Assembly (NCBI RefSeq): GCF_000400465.1
Contig: NW_008806290.1
Span: forward strand, 60,001-92,000
Reading direction: 5' to 3'
DNA from: Wallemia ichthyophaga EXF-994
Taxonomy: Eukaryota; Fungi; Basidiomycota
DNA length: 32,000 nucleotides
Position numbers and translations under genes: made by a program. The stretch's first letter is position 1. Each line of letters starts with the position of its first letter. The notes under the pieces are model-generated. The model worked only from the letters and a program-made list of their open reading frames with translations, did not search any database and was not told the DNA's origin. Shown piece after piece: positions 24,268 through 32,000 of the stretch.

Positions 24268-27200
24268 TTATATCTTTTTGTATTTGTAATTATTAAATTG
24301 AGATACATGAACTTGATTTGCAGCCGTCATTAAGATGATTCAAAACATTCTTACTCACAGGCTTAAAGGTGATTAAATCCTGGAAATTGAGTGGTAAATA
24401 TTTTCACGCGTTACCATTTCTAATTCTCATTTCTTGGCAAAGAATTAGAAGCCATTATCAATTTTTATGATGCTGTTGATACTTTGATATGGCATTGGTT
24501 TTCTGTTTTTCAATCCAACTTTGTTTCATGCGTGGATCCGTAAGTCAATTTGTGGATGCGTAGTGACGTTGTCTTCACGTTGAGAATTTGATACGTACTT
24601 ATTTGTTATGATTTGGACCCCAAGCACAGTTTTAGAAGCAAAAGAAGATTGCTCTTATTTATTATGCTCGCTGTGAGCAAACGGCTTGTTATGCTAACTT
24701 TTAGGTTTAGCAGAGCTAAACGGTATTATTAGATATTTTCCACGCTGAACCACTGTCTGTCAAAAAGTGTTTCGTATTGTTCAATGTTAAATTGATGTGA
24801 TTGCTAAGTTATTTTCGAAACAAAACAGCTGCTATAATTTTTTGGTTTTTATAAGTTTGAATACTGTTTTCTATTGTGTTAAATATTTTCAAAACTTTAA
24901 AAATTCACGTTCTCTCCTTAAAACATGATTCAATGTGAATAATATCAACCAACTGCAATCATGTGCGCGATAAAAAACTAATTTTGACTTAGATGTGTAG
25001 ATTCTTTTGTAGAGCTACAAAAAGGATCTCACTGTTTTTCGCACTTGTAGTGTCTCAATATTTAGATTTTCAAATGTTTTCGCAGCAAGCAAGTCATATT
25101 CCAGTTAAACCTCAAAGGTCATAGTATTTATCTCTAATTGAAAACTTTTACTGTCCTGCCTCGTTGAATTGCTTAAGGTCATATCACAGAATCCTGATCC
25201 ATCAAGACCTGAGAGGCGCATACGTCAACGACGGCCGATTTTTGTTAAGATTAGGTTTCTGCTTTCTATGTCATCTTTTAATAATAATATTCTAATAATT
25301 CTATGCTGGGTATTGATTATACGTTCTAGTTTGATACTGCTTTTGTTTCTACTAAGCTATGCATCAGTGTGAATAAATTATTGATAAAACTCTGCTGATT
25401 AGCCTCAAAAACTACAATTTGAATACGACTTCTAATATCGTAAGCTGGTCCTATCATTTATCTTTGCGACACTCATAGGTTTTGTTCATATGAAATATTT
25501 AGCTTAAGGCCCTATTTACACATGATTTTCACTATTAGTTTAAATCGTGACACCACATGTATTGCTTAAATCTAATGTGTGGAAGTTTTCTTATTTCATC
25601 GAGAAATTTCTGCCCCAATATTACTTTCACTATGCCGCAACATTATAGAAAAACTTTCAACATTTTATTGTTTGTTTTGAAGTCCCTTTTTGATGACAGA
25701 AAATTGATGGCTGATTTATAAGCCTCGATTTTTTGTGCTACAGTGGTCATCTCTTGTCCCCTTGATATGTTGATGTAATTATAGAAGAAATATTAATCGG
25801 AGAGGTTGGCATCTATTTAGCTCTGAGTGGTTTGTGGCTCTTTTTTTACTTGTTGCCCTTTACGGTACGTATGAGGTCTTTAGAGAGTCACCGCTTTTAC
25901 CCTACGATATTACCTAACCCTTGTACACACTGAGCATGGTGTGATGTAGGTTCCAAGTAGCTAGAATGTTCACTGCAGACATTTTTACAAATAGAAGCAC
26001 TAAATACAGTGTCTGCCAATTCCCCACTACCATCCTCAGCTTGCCCAATTTGAGATTTATTTTGGAGGTGCTATCAAATTTCGATGGAGTGTTGCTTTTC
26101 AAGCTTACTAAACTTATGCCCTTTAAATTAACTTGTGTGCCGCTCTTAAAATTTCTCAGTGGATCATACTGGGATTTTCCACTGAGACACCCTGAAAAAT
26201 TACTAGTGAGCAAGCTATGATTCTCTTGGTAACCTTGCCTTGTGATTTTATCGGTATTTACACCTTATGTCTACTTTGGAATCATTCCGAAAATCTCAAG
26301 AGTCAGAGGCGGGTTAGAAGGGTCTGTGTCAGCACCAAGAGTTTCCATTGGCAAGATGGAGAATCATTTCCCATCCCTCATGGCCTCAAATTCAATGGTT
26401 AGATTGCATATTGCTGCTGCTATGGTGTCGACCGATATCATATGAATGTTTTTCCTGGTTTTTATAGGTATGGGGCTCTTGAATCCTACGTGATCAATTG
26501 AGATCTAATTAGCAATTCTTCGTACTTTTGAAGCTATCTGTAGTAAGAGTTTCTTTGGTCTTGCATTGATCCTATAGCTATTCCACTGATCGCAATAAGG
26601 AGGCTATTCGCGCAGGAAAGGTGACTCCATTTTGTGTCTCAAACACAGTGAAACTATGTTGATATACTAACTAATATGCTTTGGCTACGATAGCATCACT
26701 TTTACAAGTGTTTCACCGCAATTTTTAATATCAAACACCCTTCTGCCTATCAATTGGTGATGAGCATATACCAGCAACACGCAAAGAATAATTCGGTCAA
26801 AGAGCGTTACATTCAGACACATTAGTTCTATTTAATCATGACTGTTGTTCTACAGTTTGGACCCTTTACCTCCTTATCAAAACTAATCACAAGCCAGACA
26901 AATACTCACAAATCAAAACGGCATATTACACAACTTTTTCATCAGTTACACATGTTCTTTTAAATGATTATGCATACATTTTCATTGAATCGATCGGTGT
27001 GCATGAATTTTGCCATGATGTATAGTAAATTAATTATAATTCTAATTACCTCATAGCTATCGGCGTGTAATTAAAATATGAAGAGGCTATTGAAGTTTAT
27101 CCGTATCTAATTTCAGTTTTCACTAATTAGAATCTAACCTAGTGCTTGACAACTGTTGATTCCTGGACTTTTAAAAGTCCAATGGGCGAAAAAATGGTTT

Positions 27201-27796
27201 ATTCTGTCACCTTTCAGCTTTACCTAAAAGCCAAGCAAATGCATGCCAATTGGCTGAATAGTGTGGGTCTACCGTGATCCTACTTGGTCTGTCTTTATTT
27301 TTGGACATTTTGAATCCGATTGGTCCGATCCGATGTATATTCAGCTCATATTTTAGTTTTGCCTAACTGCAACCTAAACTAGTTCATGTCAATTGGCGGT
27401 AAAGAGAGGGAATTGCAATCCTGATTAAACCATGATCATGCCCAAAATTTTAGAATAAGAAAGTATCAATTAGATTCCCTTTCGGATCGTTTCAACATTT
27501 ATCACTAGTTGTGGCCTAAGTTATTGCACGTATTTTGTCATATTTTAATAGTCGGTCTTTTGAGCTTATGAATAAGGGCATAATTATCTAACAGTTTTTG
27601 GAAAACAAACAGTCCGTACAAATATCTATTCGGTTCACTTATCTCGTTTATCTATCCTAATGCACACATTTAGACTAGTGGGTGTATTAACATTCCAATT
27701 TTTGCATGATGATCTTTGACCTTTTTGATACGAATGACCTCCTAGCGCTTTTCTCCTCTTCCTTTCTATTTCCTGTGTTTCGTAGCCTACAGTGTT
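24268..27796. other. AT-rich 3,529-bp non-coding core between the inverted repeats; candidate centromere core
   Basis: No ORF reaches 100 aa and none resembles a protein family I recognise. Sampled 60-bp lines have 11-16 G+C (24781-24900, 25621-25680, 27001-27060) versus 31/60 in a sampled GEA2 coding line. The centromere label is inference from architecture. Confidence 0.5.
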
Positions 27797-28763
27797 TGAG
27801 GATTTCTCTAATAATGTTACAGCTTTATCGACCTTGATTTCTTCAGCCATTGCAACCATATATATCTTTTTTATACGTTTTTGAATGTTAATGATAAACA
27901 TATAAATATTTACTTTCATTGCATAATTTGATAAGCACCCGTAAAGGTTCAGACTTGTACTTGAGCAAAGGTTTTCGCAGCAAATCTAGCAGATAGAATC
28001 ATGAGTAATTATTTAAGATACATTGTATCAATAGCATGGCTTTTATAGTCTGAAATGTCTAAGTGTCTCGGAAGTTAAAACAAGGGAAGGTCTGGATGGG
28101 ACCGGAGACTAAGATAGGAAATAAATGAGTCAACATCGAAAATAGAAGGTCCTATTACCGTGTAACTGAAGTAGAACCTCCACCTATCACACTTTACAAT
28201 TTAGCAATTCGTACAAGTTTTAGACTGTAGTAGGGTTGAGGATTGAATTGTACAATACAGCGTAAAATCAGATAACGCGAATGATAATAGTGAAGTTAGT
28301 GTATGACTGGTCATGAGGAAAGGCGTAGCTGGCGTGTCACGCGTCTTCGCAAGTAATTTAAACTATGCCTTTCCTCACTATTGTTAATGTAACTAATGAT
28401 ACATCTGAAATCTTGCCTTTAATTTGCATAACATATGTTTAAACAAATATTTAGTATGTGTTAGAACTAATAAATACTTCCTTCCCATCATTTTTTAGAG
28501 TATGGATACGTAGCAGTTACAGGCGAAATGATTGTGCCATTGGCATATTGCGTCTATTTCTTGGCTCACGGACTGGAGATATTCTATTGCGGGATTAGAA
28601 ACCCCCCTTTCACTCATTGATTGTGCAACCAGGAAGAGCGGATCAAATTGACTAAGATCACACGAATCGTACAACTCCATCAAATATGGCTTCTATTATA
28701 CAATAGGCTACTTAGATAACCCAGACTAGATAACAAATTCGACCATCTCCACGCCGCAAATGA
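27797..28763 (-). repeat. Right arm of the 967-bp inverted repeat
   Basis: Reverse complement of 23301-24267; position p maps to 52064-p. Confidence 0.97.
28303..28377. repeat. Nested dyad cluster inside the right IR arm (mirror copy)
   Basis: ATGACTGGTCAT, then TGAGGAAAGGCGTAG...GCGTGTCACGC...CTATGCCTTTCCTCA. Confidence 0.85.
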
Positions 28764-29869
28764 GTGTACAGCGCAAATTATAAAGCAATCATACTAGAGA
28801 CCATTGACACACCAGTCCCATCGCAGTTTACGCATTCCAGCAATGCTGTATTCGACGAGGCGATATCATCTTCACTCGAAAGCCAAGCGATAGGCTAGGG
28901 AGAATGTCCTTGTCACAAAGAATCAAAAGTTAGAAGCACAGATGCATAGATGATGATTAACATAACTGTTTGACTCTACTGACGAGACACAAGAACGGTT
29001 TCCAAAGCTACCGCAATCAGCACTGCGCCAAGGCGGACCGCAGATTTCATCGTACAACGTCGTAGAGAAACGTTACAGAAATAACATTAAGATTCGCGTA
29101 CCCTTGTTGCTGCTGTATCATATATTAGGCAGCCTGAAGAAAGATCCTGTCCCTTAAGCACCTCAGGCTGGCTGGATGGCCATTTATAGACTGTTGAAAA
29201 GCAGCTTTGTTGTGAGTGGTGGTGACCCCATAGAGGAGACAGTTTCACGCACTCGGAAGCAGATACTTAAGCCGATGGGTCCGTGTTGCTCTACGTAACA
29301 AACAATTTTTACCCCAAAGATAGAACACTCAAGGATAGACAGACTGCACACATCTATGCTCCTATCCACGTCGCCTAACGAGATACCTTAGGTTAGCATT
29401 GGAAGGCAATATCAAAGATGCCCACCAGCTATGCACGATGGGTGCGAGTAATAAGAAAGCCGATTTGAACGTTTTGCAGAAGATCTCCAGCAGCGTCTCT
29501 GTATTAGCACTAGAAGAGCTTTGGAGTTTAATATTCACCCAAATGGTACAAGAGAAGGCATCAGTAGGGGATGTACAACTCATCAACAAAGCTGTTGGAC
29601 AGTTGGTGAGCTCTACAAGAAATCTACCAACGGTTGACACTATGTCTATGTTATCTGCTGCCATGTGGGCTTTATTACAGGGCAAGAAGGAGAGTGCGTT
29701 GCGTTTGGCAGCGCAATTAAGTGGTAGAACGGCGTCTTTGTAGTGCCTGAAGGTGTTTAGAATGCTCACCAAGACTTCTGAGAATCTGGACGATGCTGAT
29801 GGGGAGGATGAGATGTTTGATAGTCAAATTGATAGGGAGATTGAAGATGCGACGATTTGGCTACTATAA
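28764..29869 (+). pseudogene. Degraded SREBP-type bHLH transcription factor gene
   Basis: 29053-29088 encodes YNVVEKRYRNNI, matching the SREBP/Sre1/Tye7-type basic region HNxxEKRYR. After a frameshift the frame reads DSRTLVAAVSYIR...GWLDG, like helix 1 plus loop. Downstream helical frame 29339-29743 continues 41 codons past an in-frame TAG. No intact reading frame links these pieces. Confidence 0.5.
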
Positions 29870-30174
29870 CCATGCTTTACTTGTTACTCGAAATGTCTTT
29901 GCCAGGCAATAAAGGGAAAGAGCAGGGTAAGCGATTTATAGGCTCACACTGCGATTGCGCTCTTTGCTTGGCTCACTCTATGAAAGGAAAGGAAAGCTGA
30001 TTGTTGACGAAGCATATGATGCTGCTGTCGATTCTTTGCAAGTAATTGGCTACTAACTCATAGTAATCGAGATATGATGATTGTGTACTATTGGAGTGTA
30101 TTGGAAAATTGATTATTTATAACTCCTTCACATGGGCTTTGAAACCTCATCGACCAAGAACTCGCAGTCCGCAG

Positions 30175-31639
30175 ATGATACAAAAGAAAGCAGCAGAAGT
30201 GAGTTTCAGTGGTTACTTGCAAGCAACTTTCTAATAATCAACAGCGCTTTTGTCAATACGTGAATTCGTCTACTGATCCATTTCACGCAACGCACAGCGC
30301 AGTACAGCAGCTGGAGAGAGCAGGTTTCAAGAAGCTCAGTGAGCACGCTTCTTGGAATGGGCAACTTCAGGCCGGCTCCAAATACTATTTCACCCGCAAC
30401 CAAAGCTCCGTCATCGCATTCACCCTCGGTGCCAAGTACAACGGCAGCGGCGGTCTCAGTGTTATTGGTGCACACACAGACTCACCAAATCTGAGAGTTA
30501 AACCGGTGTCCAATAGAGTCGCCCAAGCTTATCTCCAAGTCAAATGCGAGACGTACGGAGGCGGTATTTGGCACACGTGGTTCGACAGAGATTTGGGTAT
30601 TAGTGGACGCGTAATAGTACAGGAAAGCGAATCATCACCTAAATTTATAAGTAGGCTCGTTAAGATTGATAAACCAATACTGAGGATACCATCATTGGCT
30701 ATTCATTTGGACCGAGAGGTTAACCCATTCAAATTCAATGCAGAAACTCATCTTACGCCTATTCTCGGTCTCGTGAATGAACAGTTGAACTCAGCTGAGG
30801 CCGTCGATGCAATGAAGTCCCAGCATCTCTACGACTCGCACCCAGTCGAGAAACACCACCCAATAATGTTAAAAGCTATAGCTAAGGAGCTCAATGTCGA
30901 AGTTTCTCAAATCCAAGACTTTGAACTGAATTTATTCGACACCCAAAAAGCGACTTTGGGAGGTATTAATGACGACTTCATTTACTCATCTCGCCAAGAC
31001 AACTTGCTGTCTTGTTTTGCTGGTGTAGAAGCGCTGGTCGAATCTTCCAAGAATCTGGAGAACGACGATAGGGTTAGCTGTCTGTGCCTATTTGATCACG
31101 AGGAAGTAGGGAGTGCATCCACATCCGGTGCTGACGGCTCACTCTTGCCTGACTTGATACATAGACTAAGTTCGGAGCTGAGCAAGTCCAACCACGCCAA
31201 AGCATCTTTCGAAGAAATCACTGCTAGATCATACATCATCTCTGCGGATATGGCTCATGCTGTACATCCAAACTACGCAGAAAAGCACGACGACCTGCTC
31301 AGGCCCAAGATGGGAGGTGGTGTTGTAGTGAAAACCAACGTCAAACAGCGCTACGCAACCAACTCAATCACTTCATTCTTGTTGAGCAGATTAGCTGAAA
31401 TAGCTAAAGTCCCTTTGCAGCATTTCAGCGTCAGAAACGATATACCCTGTGGATCAACCATCGCACCTATGCTAGCTAGCAAGACTGGTATTCAAACTGT
31501 AGACATTGGCTTGCCACAGCTGGCTATGCACTCGATACGCGAAGTAAGTGGAAGTGAGGATACCCAGCACCTCATCAACCTCTTCACGTCATTTTACGAG
31601 AACTACGGGCAGGTACAGACCTCAATTGTTGTAGACTGA
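30175..31639 (+). CDS. APE4: Aspartyl aminopeptidase, peptidase M18 family, 2 exons
   Basis: MIQKKAAE|RFCQYVNSSTDPFHA (intron ~30199-30244), then IGAHTDSP, TWFDRDLGISGRV, SRQDNLLSC, FDHEEVGS, ISADMAHAVHPNY, CGSTIAP and LAMHSIRE. Confidence 0.97.
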
Positions 31640-31658
31640 AAATTTATTTTAAAATAAG

Positions 31659-31970
31659 TTAAATCTTTTCATAAAAGTACACATAGCCTTTACCAATAAG
31701 CGAGTTGAGGTTAGTATCAGACTCCTTGACTACCTTCTCGTCATTGAAGAGGATCCACTCATCGTCATGTTTGACGTGTGCGACATAGTGTCCTGAATGA
31801 ACAGACGGACCTTTGTGAGAGATAAATGCCTTGAGTGCGTACTGTGCAGGAGTAGCTTTCGAGCCAGGCTTAACATCGTCTTCTTCCATCGGCGTATTTA
31901 GCACCTCCTCTTCGCCTGGGTCCGAAGGATTGTCGAATAACCAACCGACAGCAACTTCGACGTTATTAGA
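31659..31970 (-). CDS. UBP14: Ubiquitin-specific protease Ubp14/USP5 (isopeptidase T), last exon; rest of gene outside window
   Basis: The exon begins after ...ACTAG with SNNVEVAVGWLFDNP (end of a UBA domain), followed by the USP His box YALKAFISHKGPSVHSGHYVAHV and WILFNDEKV. Confidence 0.9.
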   Translation of the reverse strand, partial: SNNVEVAVGWLFDNPSDPGEEEVLNTPMEEDDVKPGSKATPAQYALKAFISHKGPSVHSGHYVAHVKHDDEWILFNDEKVVKESDTNLNSLIGKGYVYFYEKI

Positions 31971-32000
31971 CTAGTTTGTATGAGCATTATGTAGGAGTAT

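Noticed and set aside
25076-25088. 13-mer GTTTTCGCAGCAA shared between the core and both IR arms (24081-24093, 27971-27983)
   Set aside because: About one or two 13-bp matches are expected by chance when comparing both strands of an ~8 kb region.
25910-25922. Telomere-like CCTAACCCT, and TAGGGTT in the arms
   Set aside because: Single units only, with no tandem array.
24268-27796. Mating-type cassette switched by IR-mediated flip/flop
   Set aside because: I found no STE3-like receptor, homeodomain, HMG box or convincing CAAX pheromone ORF in the invertible segment or arms. The scan was manual and not exhaustive, so a very small multi-exon gene could be missed.
23301-28763. Autonomous DNA transposon with long TIRs (Mutator or foldback type)
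   Set aside because: No target-site duplication, no recognised terminal motif and no transposase ORF. A decayed non-autonomous element remains a minor alternative.
29176-29298. 40-aa ORF ending CCST*, superficially a CAAX pheromone precursor
   Set aside because: The a2 residue is Ser rather than aliphatic, there is no typical pheromone N-terminus or ER/DR processing site, and it overlaps the bHLH relic in another frame.
21525-30174. tRNA genes or LTR retrotransposon remnants, often found at fungal centromeres
   Set aside because: I saw no A/B-box cloverleaf, TG...CA direct repeats or RT/integrase motifs. tRNAscan-SE and RepeatMasker would be needed to be certain.

Overview
Gene-dense fungal nuclear DNA with ~45-55 bp GT-AG introns and mostly 19-660 bp intergenic gaps. 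The proteins look basidiomycete; a Wallemia-like compact genome is my inference, not something the sequence proves. Fourteen housekeeping genes can be read: PDA1 (3' end), a GH5 exo-beta-1,3-glucanase, a DHYC palmitoyltransferase (Pfa5-like), an atypical Rossmann/SDR protein, a GBF1/Gea-type Sec7 Arf-GEF, a Nup1/Nup153-like FG nucleoporin, an NKAP-like protein, deoxyhypusine synthase, an uncharacterised GT-A-like membrane protein, SF3A2/Prp11, EAF3, Rieske RIP1, M18 aspartyl aminopeptidase and the 3' end of UBP14. The exception is an 8.65 kb interval with no intact gene (21525-30174). It holds two 967-bp inverted repeats (23301-24267 and 27797-28763) in which I found no mismatch, around a 3.5 kb AT-rich core. 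Each arm carries a nested dyad cluster, and the flanks contain decayed genes, including a broken SREBP-type bHLH gene. The best-fitting interpretation is an IR-core-IR regional centromere, resembling those of Komagataella phaffii, Candida tropicalis and Schizosaccharomyces pombe. An invertible cassette, a foldback element or an assembly artefact cannot be excluded from sequence alone.
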